This document shows positions 24,931 through 40,220 of a stretch of DNA of 64,000 nucleotides, piece by piece; position 1 is the stretch's first letter; each line of letters begins with the position of its first letter. The translations under genes and the position numbers were made by a program. The notes beneath the pieces were generated by a model. It saw only the letters and a list, made by a program, of their open reading frames with translations, was not told the origin of the DNA and did no database searches. Source of the DNA: the human T2T-CHM13v2.0 reference genome, Homo sapiens; assembly GCF_009914755.1 (NCBI RefSeq), contig NC_060928.1. One strand, 5' to 3'.

Positions 24931-26371
24931 GTCCTTTTTATAGGAATACGTGCATAAGACCCCCTTCAGAAAGTCTTTGTAATCGTTCTTATCATAAGCA
25001 TGTGTGCCTGAGAACCTTCCCTTCTCAGCCTCTTGGCCATATTTGTTAGAGTTTGGCACAAGTGACTCCATTTTGATTCTGACGACTTTAACACATCAAT
25101 TCCCCTTACCTTCTTAGAGAATTTCATCTCCACCACATCCTGGCCCACCCCCAGTCCCAGTATGTTTCTCTCAGGTTGTAGCTTATAGGTCTTTGCCTTG
25201 TTCAGAAGCCTTTCCTTACCAGCCCCCCTAATTTGGATTAGGTACTTTTCTATGGATTATCTAGCACCACATACCTTCTATGGTACCTTCCTCTAAGCTT
25301 TGCCATAGGATATTATGGTTGCCTATTAATTTTTTAACTATGAAATATTTAAAACTATAGAAATGTAAAGGTATTTTGCTACCAATTAAACCTTGTTACA
25401 ATTAAATACCTTGTTAATGAAACCAATTTTAAAAATAGAGGAATAAAATATTAAAGACACAGAATGTTAGCATTGGTATTCCTGTACATATATTTGTTAC
25501 TTATATATCTAATCATATACAAATATAGTATTGCTTGATTTCAAATTTAATACAATTAGACATGGCATGCACTATACATGCTCTTTAGCTATTTTTGTCA
25601 CTCTACATTGTGTTTTGACACATTAATGAAGAAATTTAGACTACAAGAACAAATTGTAAAAGTAAAAGAAAAACTAATAAATTTGACTACACTAAAATGT
25701 AAAACTCTGAACATCAATATGTTACATAAATGAAGTTAAGAGTTGCAGAATGTAATTACTTCTTTTTAAAATATATTACTCTATTAAAGATATTCATTTC
25801 ATAATTTTAAAAGTCAAAATTTTTTTTACCATGTTAGCAATAAAAAAAAAAGTCTCTTGTCTTACCCCCACTAACTTCCATTCTCCAGAAGCAAAAATTT
25901 TTTAATTCTTTTAACCATTTTTTCTGGACTTGACCTCTATATTTTTAAATAACATGATTATGTTGACTTTTTTAGAATATTATCTATCGACTCCATACCA
26001 TTAAAGATAATGATTTAGCTTTCCTCTGTCTGTCTCTTTCTCTCTCTCCATCATTTCAATAGTTATAGTTTCTGGTTGGAGCAATATTCAGTGCTTACAT
26101 CACCATGATTACATAAATATAATTCACAGAAGATCCATGTTAATGTCCTCTGATTTCACTCTCTTTCATCTATAACTTTTTTCCTTATTTCCACTACTCT
26201 CATTGGTTTCATGTGCTGGAGACCTACAACTTACTTACCTCTAAATACAACCTTAAAAGAAGAATTTCTTTAATGCCTTCAAATTCAACAGGCAATACAC
26301 ACACATACGTGCGCACACACATATGTGTGTATGCATTTTCCTCTAGAGACATCCCTTCTAAAGCATTCTCT

Positions 26372-26684
26372 GGCCTGGTGCAGTGTCTCACACCTGTTAT
26401 CCCAGCACTTTGGGAAGCAGAGTGGGGAGAATTGCTTGAGCCCAGGAGTTTAAGACCAGCCTTGGCAACATAGCAAGACCCCGTCTCTACAAAAAAAATT
26501 AAAAAATGATCTGGGTGTGGTGGCATGCACTGACAGTCCCAGCTACTCAAGAGGCTGATGTGGGAAGATCACTTGAGCCTGGTAGGTTGAGGTTTCAGTG
26601 AGCCGTGATCATGGCACTTCTGCCTGGGCAACAAAACAAGACCCTATCTAAAGAAAAATAAAAAATAAAAAATAAATTTAAAAA
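26372..26684 (+). mobile_element. AluJ element
   Basis: Diverged dimer with A-rich tail. Confidence 0.9.
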
Positions 26685-28883
26685 AAGCACTCTCTTAACC
26701 TCTCTGGTCGAGTTGTTCTATTATCGGCCACCAGCTTTCCAGTTGGGACTTCCCATCATTGTTATTGTGGACATAGGATGACAAAGCTATTCCCATTTGC
26801 CAGGAACTGTGCCAATTTCATAACCCAGATCTGGCAGTCCCTAAGGTTAAGGCAAACTGCAACAATCGGTCAATGTATCTGGACAGTTCCCTGTTTCCTA
26901 GATCCTATGTTGTATTCTTCCTGGTTTATTGCCTCAGTTTGTGGAATCCATGCTCTAATATTTTCCTGAAAAATAATAAAAAGGACATAATTTTTTTAAA
27001 AAACATGCATGTCAGAAATATTTTTAATATGCCTTCATATGTGTTAGAAAATTTGGCAAGGAATAGGAATCAAGATTTGAAGTCATTTTCCATCTGAATT
27101 TCAAAGATATGGCTGCACTGGCTTCTAGCTTTCCCGTGTGGCAGGTGAGAAGTCTGGTATCTTTCCACTTCTGGGTCTTTTGAATATCTGGGTACTTGTA
27201 GGCTCTTTTCTTTATCTCCAAGGTTCTGAAATTTCTCATGGCATGCCTTTGTGTGTTTTTGTTTTTTATGCATTATGCAGGGCACAAAGTGAGCTCTCTC
27301 CATCTATAAACTCATGACTTCTGTTCAGGAAAAATGTTTTTGCTTATTTCTGTGAAAATATCCTACCCTATCTTTTTATAATCTCTCTTTCTGGAACTCC
27401 TGCTTATTTAGGTGTTGAGCTTCTTGAACTCTACTATTTTCCTTTTCTCTTCTATTTTTCATTTCTCTATTTTTGATTGACTTTCTGGATTTTTCCCAAT
27501 TTCCCTTCCAGACTTTCTTCTGAAATTTTGGTTCATTTGTTCATTTGTTTGTTTTTATGTTTTCTTCTGGTCCACACGTAGCTGCTATTTTCTTGAAGAT
27601 TCAGTTCTGTTATGACATAGGCCTTCCTTAATTGTCTGGTGATCCTTGGCTGTCTGCTTATATTTAAAACAAGGCAATAAAAAAGTGACAGGAACAGACT
27701 GACACTTATTCTTGTAAGGTGATTTGGCAAGGTTGTTTTATTGTTTGTTGTTTGTTTATTTGTTTTAGTTTTTGTTTTCAGCTAGCTTCCCACAGAGAAC
27801 TCAACTACGACTCCCACCTGAGAAGTAAGTTTGGCTGCCAATTCATTTCTTTTACTGACTTGCAACTAATCTTCCCATTTTCAGGACTACCTGTACCCCT
27901 TATGTTAATATTTCTAAGTAGTTCTGAGATTCCATAGTTCAAAGCAGCCTTCACCTCAGCTTTCTCTGGTGTGTTGAGTCAGTTTTACCACTACTCCATT
28001 TGCTTTCTAGTTTCCAAAATTCTACTGCTTCTATCTTGTCTACATAGAGGTATTTTGTGTAAGTATTTCAGTTTTGTCTTTATAGCTTTGTGTACTTCAT
28101 TGTTCCTTTTCTGTAATTCTGGGAAGGAGGGTCAGTGGACATATGTTCACTCAGCCATGTTTAGCCAGAAGTCGTGAAATCACCTCTTTTTTTGTCAGTA
28201 TGTATTTCTTGTTAGATTTGAAGCTAACTGAGGTGAGGTGAAGACCATAACTAGATCATTATTGCAGTCTAGCATCCAGCATAATGCCTGGCATATGTTA
28301 GGACCTCAATAAGTAAGGTTTTATTGAATGAATACACATATAGCACAATGATATTTTTTTAATATTAACCAGTGTCTGGCTTTGTTTTTCTCTCCAGCAT
28401 TTTATTTTCCCCTTTTCAGCTAATCTATTATCGTTGTTTCAGAGAACACATAGAACAATAAAAAGCAAATTATTCTTCTATCCTGAGTTTCAAAAGCTTA
28501 AGTCTTTAGGAAAATTGAAAGGATTCATGGCATAGAGGAAATACTGAGGCAAAGCATTATGATAACATTGTGAAGCATACCTGTACCATGCCCCTAGAAC
28601 TAGAAGACTGACCTGAAATAGAATCAGAGCTTAGCACCAGGGGAGCAGCAAAGTCCTGCTGAAAAAATGGTTAGTGTGCCTAGGCGATTGAGACCAGTTT
28701 CTCCCTCTAGAATGGCACAGGTGCAGCAGAAAGTTTCCTTCGAATTTAAGAATAAAAACAAGGTAAACAGAGAATTCCAGAGGATCTAAAGGAGCCTCCT
28801 AGATAGGAATTAATGTCAAGAAATGCCCGAATGGACTGCTCAGTGAGGAAACATTGCATTGCCCATGTCAATGGATGCAACAC

Positions 28884-29234
28884 TATCCTAGTCCATTTAG
28901 TGCTACTTCAACAGGATACCTGAGACTGGGTAATTCATGAACAGAAACTTATTTATTGGCTCACAACTGAAGGCTGGGAAGTCCAAGATTAAGGAGCCAC
29001 ATCTGGTGAGAGCCTTCTTGCTGCAGAAGACATCATGGTGGTGAGAGAGAGATCAAGAGAAGGCCAAGCTCACTTTTACAACTAACCCACTACTGCAATA
29101 ATGACACTAATCCACACATGAGGGCAGAGCCCTCATGACCTACTCACTTTTTAATGGTTCCGCCTCTCATCACTGTTGCATTGGGGATTACATTTCCAGC
29201 ATATAAACTTTGGGGGACACATTCAAATTATAGC
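28884..29234 (-). mobile_element. MST-type MaLR LTR
   Basis: tagtccattt...ctgagactgggtaatt...gggggacacattcaaattatagca. Confidence 0.8.
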
Positions 29235-30344
29235 AAACATGACAGGTGACACTGAGCATAAGATCCTTCCCCAGTCTGATGCCTTGGCACTATGTAAGCC
29301 CCTTGGTTCTTAAATGAAATCCTTGGGAAATCCCAAAATTGACTGAGATTTATTTTCCGTCACCCAAGTAAAATGAAAGCTCAATATTGAAACAAAATAT
29401 AGTTATTAAAATATTAATATAAAATTATATTTCCCCAACATTTCTATTGGTTAGTTGAAATTTGTATACACTATACAATATGGTAATTCTGACTCCCAGA
29501 GACTTATTTTAAAATTCATTTAAAAAAACTTATACAACAAGTATTTACACAACAAATGACCAAATATTTTTTATATAGGAACATGCCATATTAAAGTAGA
29601 GATTTATACTTGTGAATGACATACCAAAAAACACCAAAGACATGGTTAGTAGAACAAGTAGATTTGGGGGATTTTTAAAATAATATTTGTAATCTTAACA
29701 AAGTAATAAGGAAATACAGAAACATCTGTCAGGAATGTATATTGGGACCTCCCCTTTCAGCTGAGATGAAGGTCATTGCTCTCACTGAGACAACTAGAAA
29801 AGCTGGATAATATACACAAAATAGCATCTATTTGAAGTCATTGAAGAAGCGATGAGGAAACTCAGACTTGGGCAACAAGTCCTGGAGAATGAGAAAACTT
29901 AGAGAGGAATGTCGACATTTTATAACTGATTTTTCCTTTGGGGCATTTGCTAGTTCAGAGTACTTGGCAAGAGGGAAAGAATCCAGGCAACAGACTTGGG
30001 CAGAAGGCCTCTAAGAGGCAGTAAAGACAGCAGAATTTTTGGTTCCAGTTTTGGGGACTGGAAAAATCCAAATCTCATGAGGCTGGAAACCCAATGAGAA
30101 AGGTTAATGGACACTTGACACTGTTTTCCTATCAAAACATTTGCCAAATTCTGAGGCTGCATGGAGCAGGACATTAAGCAACTAAGCAAAAAGTGTCTGA
30201 ATACAGCAGAGGTTTTGCAATCTTAAAAGGCTCGCCAAGAGGAAAGGGCCTCAGTGAACACCCCAGGTTCTCAGGGGGAACTCTAGGAGAGCTACTCTCT
30301 AGGAACAGGGATGAATCTGAGATGGAAAAGAGACTCTCAAAAAC

Positions 30345-30760
30345 AGTAATGTACAGTATGACATTCTGGAAAAGGCAAAACTATGGAGACAGTAAATAGA
30401 TCAGTAGCTGCCAGGGGCTTGAGGTAGGGAGGGATGAGTAGGAGGAGCACAGAAAATTTTTAGGGCAGTGAAAATACTCTTTATGATACTATGATGGTGG
30501 ACACATATCTCTTTTCATTTGTCAAAACCCATAAAATGCACAGTACCAAGAGTGAACCCTACTGTAAACTATGAACTTTGGATGATAATGGTGTGTTGAT
30601 GTAGATTGATCAATTGTAAAAAATACACTTCCCTGGGGTGGGATATTGATAATAAGGGAGGTTGCGGGGGGTTGACAGGGAATATATGGGAACTCTATAA
30701 GTTCTACCCAATTTTGCTGTGAACCTAAAACTGCTCTAAAAAAAAAAGTCTAGTTTTAAA
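30345..30760 (+). mobile_element. L1MC-type 3' end
   Basis: atgacattctggaaaaggcaaaactatggagacagtaaa...tttgctgtgaacctaaaactgctctaaaaa. Confidence 0.8.
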
Positions 30761-31129
30761 AAATCTATATCACAGTCTGGAATTGGTTCTGTCTCACTGG
30801 GTTCAGGTGATCAGCTCCCTAGCAGAGGATGAGGTAGGGCATCTCTGGAGGAATCTATTACCCCAAAGCTTTTATAATTTAAATAATACAATGTCTGGCA
30901 TTGAATCAAAATTAGCAGGCATTCCAGGAGTTAGAAACAATTTCTAAAAACCAAGAGGAAATATCTAAAAACCAAGGGGATGATCTGATTCAGATATTTC
31001 AGTTATCAAAAAAACTTTAAGTATGATTAATATATTCAGAAAAAAATAGATAAAATGAGTGTCTATCATTACTTAAAACTAAATATAGGCATGAATTGTG
31101 GAGCATAACATATATCAAAAAGGTAATAA

Positions 31130-31372
31130 TAACAATATTTCACATTTGTTGAAGGCTCATTTTATGCCAGACATTGCTCTAAGTGACTCTGATTTCCCAC
31201 AACAGTCCTGTAAAATAAACACTATTGTGGTGCCCACTTTACAAATGAGGAAACCGAGGTACAAGATGGTTAAATAAATGCTTATAGTTAAATGACTAAT
31301 AGATGGCAGAGCTAGAATTTGAACTCAGACAGTCCAATCCCAGAGTTCTCACTGTTAATCATGATATTATAT
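31130..31372 (-). mobile_element. MIR SINE
   Basis: cccactttacaaatgaggaaaccgaggtac...ggcagagctagaatttgaactcag. Confidence 0.8.
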
Positions 31373-31454
31373 GGTGCATGTATCTTACACAACTACAAGA
31401 GCCATAGGTCGATAATGTTTTGATTAAAGAGATGTAAAAAGTTTGACAATTAAA

Positions 31455-31752
31455 ATTGTTATTATTATTATTTTTGAGACAGGATTTCACTCTGCCACCC
31501 AGGCTGGAGTGCAATGGCATGATCACGGCTCACAGCAGCCTCAACCTCCCCGGCTCAAGCAATCCTCCCGCCTGAGACCTCCCAAGTAGCTGGGAATACA
31601 GGTACACACCACCATGCCTGGCTCATTTTTCTATTTTTTTGTAGAGACAGGATCTCACTATATTGCCTCAGCTAGTAGAACTCCTAGGCTCAAGCGATCC
31701 TCCCACCTTGGCCTCCAAAATGCGGGATTATAGGCATGAACTGTGCCCAGCC
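31455..31752 (-). mobile_element. AluJ element
   Basis: Reverse dimer. Confidence 0.9.
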
Positions 31753-32689
31753 TTAAAATTATTTTGGTCACTAAATTTTGTTCTGTTTTTCTCATGGCCC
31801 CAAACTATGTGAATGTGAAATAGTTCCAATTTAGCCTAAATTGTGTAGAAATATATTTTTATGTAATTTAGGCTATTAATTGCCCAATAATGTTTGCTTG
31901 TGCATATGAAAGATTGAGAAGAAATGTATCTAATTTTAAGTAGACTAAAAATAGAAAATAAAAACATGTATGTAAAATTTGACCAAAAACAGTGTTCAAT
32001 ATTAACCACCACCTAAGCGGCTTTTATAAACTTCTGCCTGGACAGTCTCTAATTATTATAATTGCCACCTGTGGATTTTTAGCTGCAGACCTACACAGTT
32101 AATTCATTTATCTAACCTGTGGGTAGGGAACTTTGACAGAGAATTCCACCCCACTGTAGATCTCTACTCTTCTCAGCAGGACTCCCTGAATAAAGAAAGT
32201 CTTCCTTCTCTGACACACATGGTTCTTGTTGACAGACACACATACCTGGTTCACCACTTTACCAGATAAACATTTAAGGAATGTATTTGAAATGACAGTG
32301 GACTCAAAGGCAGGAATCGCCTTCCTGCCCCAACTCCCTTCCCCAACATCTTTTTGCTGCCAGAAAAATCTACCATTAAATTTGATTTCCCCAAGTCTCT
32401 TCTATACAGATAAATCAAGCATTTGTCATCATACTTGCCTTAGTATGAATTAATGAATTGACTCAATCTCATAGGCAACTAGCTGTGGTCAGGGACATGA
32501 TGAAGTTTGAGTTTGGGATGCAGTAAGCACAGCCATGAGTTTTTGAACATAAACTACTTAGTTGCGATGTTATGAAGATAAGAATGTAGCCTCCCTCTTA
32601 GGATTGCTGTGAGGATTGCATGAGAATAATGAGCATAAAAATGCTTAAGATAGTTTTAGACACCCAGTAGGTGCTCAATAAAGTATAAC

Positions 32690-32980
<291 letters not shown>

Positions 32981-33329
32981 AATGATAACTTTCATAATTA
33001 ATTATAATGACTTTGAAAATGATTTAAAAAATTTTAAGGAACCAAATATACTTTAAAAGAACTGGCAAGGTGATTGTGGTAGTAGTTCTGAATAAAATGT
33101 AATGAAAGAAAAAATTAGTCCAACTCACAGAGTTAGTTTTTGTTTTCGAACATCACTTTTTGCTGCTTTGAATGATGTGCAAAAGACTTAGAAACATCTT
33201 GTGATCAAATTGTTTAGCACACATATCTTGTGGAATCAGAATATCAGGTTTATAGTTAAGATTGTCTCTCTCTCCATTTATTAAATGATTTGTAATCTCT
33301 TCATATCTCTGTTTATTAAATAATCTTAT

Positions 33330-33712
33330 TGCTATGGTTTGAATGTTTGTGTTCACTCTAGAATTCATGTTGAAATTTAATCCTCAATGCAACAGTATTA
33401 AGAGGTGGGGCCTTTAGGAAGTGATTAAATCATGAGGGCAGACCCTCATAAATGGGATTAGCAACCTTATAAAAGGGCTGTAGGGAGACAGCAAGGCCTT
33501 TTCTGCTCTTCTACCATGCGAGGACACAGCACTTGTCCCCTCTGGAAGACAGAGCAATGAGGCCCCATCTTGGAAGCAGAGAGAAGGCCTCTACTAGACA
33601 CTGAACCTGCCAGCACCCTGATCTTGGTCTTTTCAGCCTCCAGAACTGTGAGAAATAAATGTCTGTTGTCTATAAATTATCCAGTCTAAGGTATTTTGTT
33701 AGAGCAGCAGGA
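33330..33712 (+). mobile_element. MST/MLT1A-type MaLR LTR
   Basis: tgctatggtttgaatgtttg...cagcctccagaactgtgagaaataaa...aggtattttgttagagcagca. Confidence 0.82.
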
Positions 33713-33779
33713 ATTATCACCTAACATAATGCCCACTCACACAGGGTTAGGTACACTATTGCTTTTCTGATATGAAAAT

Positions 33780-34030
33780 TATCTTGTTGACTCAGTATCA
33801 GCAGGATGTGTCCATTGAGCTATTTTCCCAATAACAACGTGGAGTGTACATATAACTAGCATTTTCTCACTGAGTTCCCTTTGTGACCAGGAGTAAACCT
33901 TTGCCAGCTTGTTAAAAAGTTTTATAGCTGCAGTTTGGCTACCAATAAAAAATAAGCTAATTGTCTCATGGGATGCAAGAACTTGGGAGTTTGCCTCATT
34001 AGCACTGTGTTTCAGCCAACCTAGCTTCTC
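33780..34030 (-). mobile_element. MamSINE1-like ancient tRNA-derived SINE
   Basis: Collinear blocks on the minus strand (GTGCTAATGAGGC, TTAGCTT, GGTCACAAAGGGAAC, GTGAGA, GGGAAAATAGCTCAA, CATCCTGCTGAT) match the recalled MamSINE1 consensus. Confidence 0.6.
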
Positions 34031-34564
34031 AAAATGATTCCCCTGGGCTAGTTTTCCAGTTAGCCTTGTGTATGATATCAACTTTTACTGTTACCTGAGA
34101 AGTATGTTATCTATGGATTAGTGTGCTTGGAGAGAGAACTGAAAAGGCAGAAGCCTATTTGAACCAGGATGCCACGTGGGGTGGAGGACTGGCTAGAGTC
34201 GTCCATGAGCTTCTGATTGCTGGTTAGTGGCCCTGTCACTTACCAGCTGTGTAACCTTGAGCAAGTCATTCACTAGCATCTCAGCTTTTCTCACAGGATA
34301 AACAATATTGTTAAAGTGAGGGGTCTTTAAATTCCCCTTCTCACCCTAATACTGTTTTACTCTTACCTCTGAAAGATGAAAATGAATTTGAAGATCTTTT
34401 GTTTGTTATTAAGAGGCACCATTTTCAAAGGCTAAGATGATAACTACATATTTAGAGGAAAAAATTTTAATAAATTTAGATTACACAGACTAGTGGAAAC
34501 AAAATTAAAATCAACTAATTTCTCAAGAGTCACACTGAAGTGTACCTTTAAGCTGAAATGAACA

Positions 34565-34860
34565 GGCCGGGCGTGGTGCCTCATGCCTGTAATCACAGCA
34601 CTTTGGGAGGCTGAGGTGGGTGGATTACTTGAGGTCAGGAGTTCAAGACCAGCCTGGCCAACATGGTGAAACCCTGTCTCTACTAAAAATACAAAAATTA
34701 GCCGAGTGTGGTGGCACACACCTGTAATCCCAGCTACTCGGGAGGCTGAGGCAGGAGAATCACTTGAACCCAGCAGTCAGCCAAGATCACGCCATTGCGC
34801 TCCAGCCTGGGTACAGAGCGAGACTCTGTCTCAAAAAAAACAAAACAAAACAAAACAAAA
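34565..34860 (+). mobile_element. AluS element
   Basis: Dimer with a small right-arm deletion. Confidence 0.93.
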
Positions 34861-34879
34861 AGAAGTGAAATGGAATGAC

Positions 34880-35710
34880 CCTACAAATAAATATAGCCAA
34901 CTGATTTTTGACAAAAGCAAAAGTACAAGAGCAATTCAATGGAGAAAGGATATTCTTTTCAACAAATAGTGCTACAATGATTGTAATGTGCAGAAAGAAA
35001 TGAAACTAGACATAAACTGTATTCATTTCACAAAAATTAATTGAAAATTGATCATAGGAAGTGAAACAGAACTTGCCACTCCTTAAGTGTGGGCTACACA
35101 TAGTGACACATAGTACAGTATGGAAAGGCAGGAAAAATGGGTCACCTCATGGTAGAAAAACCTGACAAGTACTACCTCAGCCAGGTAATCAAGATCATCA
35201 CAACAGTGATGTTGTGTTGATATGATACACACCTGATACAATTTGATGCAGATTGTGCTTTACCTCTGTGGTCTTCCTCTATAGAACCCCAGAATCCAGT
35301 CTAATCAGGAGAAAAAAAATCAAACCAGTCACAACTGAGACACATTCTACAAAATACCTGACCAATGTTTCTCAAAATTTTCAAGGTTATCAAAAACAAA
35401 GGAAGTCTAAGAAACTGTCGTAGCCAAAAGGAACCTAAGGAAACACAATGACAACATAAAATGTTATATCCTGAATAAAGTCCTGGAAAGAAAAAGGACA
35501 TTTGATAAAAACTAAGGAAATGTGAACAAAAAAGGACTTTGGTTAATAGTGTGTCAATATTAGTTCATTAATTGTGTCATATATACCATAATAATGTAAA
35601 ATGTTAAGGATGGGGGAACTGGGTGTGAGGTACACAGAACTCTCTGTACTATCACTGCAATGTTTCTGTAAAGCTGAAATTCTTCTAAAAATAAAGTTTA
35701 TTTTTTAAAT
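34880..35710 (+). mobile_element. Old L1M fragments (ORF2 piece and 3' end)
   Basis: YSQLIFDK...IQWRKDILFNK is an L1 ORF2-like peptide, followed by an L1MC/MD-type 3' UTR. Confidence 0.7.
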
Positions 35711-35939
35711 ATCAGAATTTTTATGTATGTCCAGGTAAAATGTTCACACCAATACCTTTGTTTTGAATTTTTTTCTTTCCTTTTTCATAGTTAATGATAT
35801 AGCTGTTGCTAGGTGATATAATCCCACCCTTTATTTGGTTCTCCAAGGATCCTTTGATTTTGAAAATAAGTCACCTCCATAAAATTACATATTTAAAGGT
35901 AAAATACCACCAACCGACACTAACGAATAAAGCAGCTCA

Positions 35940-36349
<410 letters not shown>

Positions 36350-37436
36350 TTAGAAGCCTCCCTGGTTTGGAGATTATCTTACTCTATAAAATTAAATTAT
36401 ATACAGTGTGTTGAAATAGACAAAAGGCCCTAGCAGGCTGGAGCCTTTATTGAATTGTTCGTTTCTGCTAGGTTACACCTGAACTTACCGCCTATTGAAA
36501 TTCTCTCCGGGAATGTGACCTGGTACATATTCTGCTACATGTGGTGTTTAGAAACTTGCATTCTGGTCCTAATTGACCCACCAACAAATATCAACAAATA
36601 TGTAACAATGAGTCTCCACTTTTTTTGTGAACAAATATGGAATTGGATTGAGCTGACTTCTAAGGCTTCTTCCTGTTTTGTGATTGCAGACATGAGGGTA
36701 ACATTACCACCAGCTGATATAATATGAATTTGTTTTTCAGATTAGCTGGTCTCACCTGGCACAAAGTAGAGTCCTGAGGTGAGAGGGTATAGGATGGGTA
36801 GGAAGAGAAGGGCTGAAGTTTAATCAAGGAAAGAGAAGTCTTAGAAGAGGCCTGACTCCAAGTATTTGGAGGATGGTCATATGGGAAGAGTTAACAGACA
36901 TGTTCTGGGACATTCCAGAGAACAAGCTTAGGGCCAACCCATAGGTAGGAATGACCCACATATGAACCAGCATAACTCATCTTTCAGGGACAGGGACATA
37001 ACTCAGTCAAAGACACCCTACAGGAGAGTGGTTCACTGGATTGTGGTGACTTTTCATAGCAGGGGAAGCAGACTCCCACTCACCTGTTTTTTCTGTTTTT
37101 AAAATGCGTAAGTTCTTCCTTCTTTCATCTCTTTCCTTCAGCTCTTCCCTTCTTCCAGTAACCCCCATTCACTCCGAGTTTCTGATACCCAGCCCTGCAG
37201 GTGTTTTTAGTACAAATATTTTGTCTCTCAGGTGTTTGGGGCAGAGGAAAAAAGATAAGAAGCACTAATCTAGTTCACTTAAAAGCCCTGTGCAATGCTA
37301 AGAGTGACTACAACAGAAAGCGTCAGCTCTGTGTAACCCCATCCTTCACAGTCCTCATGTCCCCTGACAGCCTCTCTCTTTGCGGTCTCATCTTCATATC
37401 CCTGTGTAATATCTCCTTTCAGAGCACAAGCTATGG

Positions 37437-37590
37437 AGCTGGGTGTGGTGGATCATGCCTGTAATCCCAGCTACTCAGGAAGCTTATGCAGGAGGATTGC
37501 TTGGGCCCAGGAGTTTGAGGTGGGTCTGGGCAACATAGCAAGACCACATCTCAAAAACAACAACAACAGCAACAGCAAAAACCAACAAAA
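37437..37590 (+). mobile_element. Free Alu monomer (FLAM-like)
   Basis: Single ~120-bp monomer with a (CAA)n tail. Confidence 0.8.
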
Positions 37591-38058
37591 CATTGCTTCA
37601 TAACAAAGGTAGTTTCACCAGGCTTGGAATAAGCCCTTCTTGGTTTCTGGGACAACTCTTTTAAATGCTTAAGACTCTTCCTACACATTTTAACCCAGGT
37701 ACATAGGAGATCTATGTAAGAAGTCTCCCTTAAATCTACAACATTTTTCGGTGGGGGAAGGCATGCTTTGCCACAGTGCAATATTGGAATCTAGAGGAGC
37801 TCATTTCTTCCTTCAGTGGGAAAGCCACAGGCACTAAGCAGATACACCAATGTTCCATCCCTTAAGTGATGTCTTCGTTGAAACCCACAATGCATTACTG
37901 ACAGACATTCCTGGAACAATGGCTTTTTCTCTGAGACCATAGTTCTCTTCCAGATCATCAGAGGAAATGAAAAGAGCATAGACACATGCCTGGTGAGCAG
38001 GCTGCCTGAGAAGCCCTGCCATTTCCCATTTTTCCTAATAACTCAGAAAATAAGCAGT

Positions 38059-38440
<382 letters not shown>

Positions 38441-39515
38441 TCAGAACAAACTTTGAGATCACCATCTCGCAATCTAACACTGACGAAAACACAGTCTTGT
38501 AGAACGTGAACGTCAAAACCACAGCACTTTTTTGTTTTTATAGGACAAGTTGAGTATCTGTTTCGTAGTTTATCAGTTTTATTGATCATGAGAACACATA
38601 TAGCAACTGCCTGGCTTCTAAGTCACATAGTATTTTATTATCTTTCTTTTCTCAGACAAAGAAGATAACTCAAGTAGTAAAATATTGGGCTGAATGACTA
38701 CCTAAATGATCTCTAAGTAGGTTTCACACTAGACTGATCAGCAGTTACCTGCATCTGACCAGCCACAGCAGCTGCTGGGTACTCATTTCTGTAGCAGGGC
38801 CATTCACCTGTTCACTGTTTAGTTCATTCAAGGGGCCCCTTTATCTGTCAGGAGGAAATTAGCCATAGAATCAAGTCCTGCCACATTAGTGCTTCCACTG
38901 TACCTAATACTGACCTCTGCTGTTGTTTTAACCACATTACATGGAAGCCATTTATTTACCTATCTGTCTTGACTACTAAGTTGTGAACTCTCTGAGAATT
39001 GAAAGTGTGTCTTATTCATCCACTCAGTTTCAATGATTGGTATAAATAACTGCTCAATATGCATTTACTGGATGAATGAACAAACCAACACGCAGCCATC
39101 AGACAGTGAGGCCTAGTGGTTAAGAAGATGTGCTCTGGTGGCAAACATCTGTTTTAAAATCCTGGTTCCCCAGTTTCCAACTGTGTGAGTGACACTGAAC
39201 AATTTCTTAATCCATTTGCACCTCAGCCTGTTAAGGGGGGTTAATATTAGAACTTTTTTCACAGTATTGTTGAGTTAGTATATACGAAGCATGTAGAAAA
39301 ATGCAAGCACACTAATGTTTAGTATATGTTCACTGTGGTTGCTATTGTTATGAATATGATCATTATTACTAGGCAAAAATAATACCCCTATTAAGAACAC
39401 TAGAAGAATTTAATACGTGAGTTCAAGGCTCTTTGCACCAGAGCCTCTGATAGTGAAAAGGCAAGCCAGATACTACCACACAGTGGAGAAAGATGTTTAA
39501 AATGTGCTTTGTCCT

Positions 39516-39796
39516 GGCTATGTAGTGGCTTATGCCCGTAATCCTAACACTTTGGGAGGCTGAGGCAGGCGGATCACTTGAGGCCGGGCATTCAAGACCA
39601 GCCTGGCCAACATGGCGAAACCCCATCTCTACTAAAAATACAAAAAGGTAGCCGGGTGTGGTCGTGGGCGCCTGTAATCCCAGCTACTCTGGAGGCTGAA
39701 CCACAAGAATCACTTGAACCAACTGAGATCGCACCACTGCACTCCAGCATGGGCGACAAAGTGAGACTCTGTCTCAAAAAGACAAACAAACAAACG
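39516..39796 (+). mobile_element. AluS element
   Basis: Dimer with a right-arm deletion; TSD gtgctttgtc. Confidence 0.92.
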
Positions 39797-39942
39797 AAAG
39801 TGCTTTGTCCTCCATGAATAAAATTCAGCTAATACTGGGCAAGTATTCACTATGGGCCCCACGTCTGTTAGATCTTTTATTCATATGACCTTATTTCCGT
39901 TTCAAAGCAAGTATGGGAGAAAGAACTTTTGTTATTTTTCCC

Positions 39943-40220
39943 TTTTTGAGTTTTACTCTGCTGCCCAGGCTAGAGTACAATGGTGCGATCTTGGCTCACT
40001 GAAGCCTCTACCCACCGGGTACAAGTGATTCTCCTGCTTCAGCCTCCTGAGTAGCTGGAACTACAAGTGTGGGAATGTCCCAGCTAATTTTTGTATTTTT
40101 AGTAGAGAAGGGGTTTCGCCATGTTGGCCAGGCTGGTCTTGAACTCCTGACCTCAGATGATTCAACTGCCTCTGCCTCCCAAAGTGCTGAGATTACAGGC
40201 ATGAGCCACCGCGCCTGGCC
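39943..40220 (-). mobile_element. AluS element inserted in a MIR
   Basis: Reverse dimer; the MIR core resumes at gatgaggaaaatgaggctcagaaatgttaa. Confidence 0.9.

Noticed and set aside
32064-32078. CTCF-like CCACAGGTGGCA on the minus strand
   Set aside because: The 5' half of the core does not fit the motif spacing, so it is a weak match.
33970-34030. tRNA-like segment
   Set aside because: It is too decayed to form a cloverleaf and is better explained as the head of a tRNA-derived SINE.
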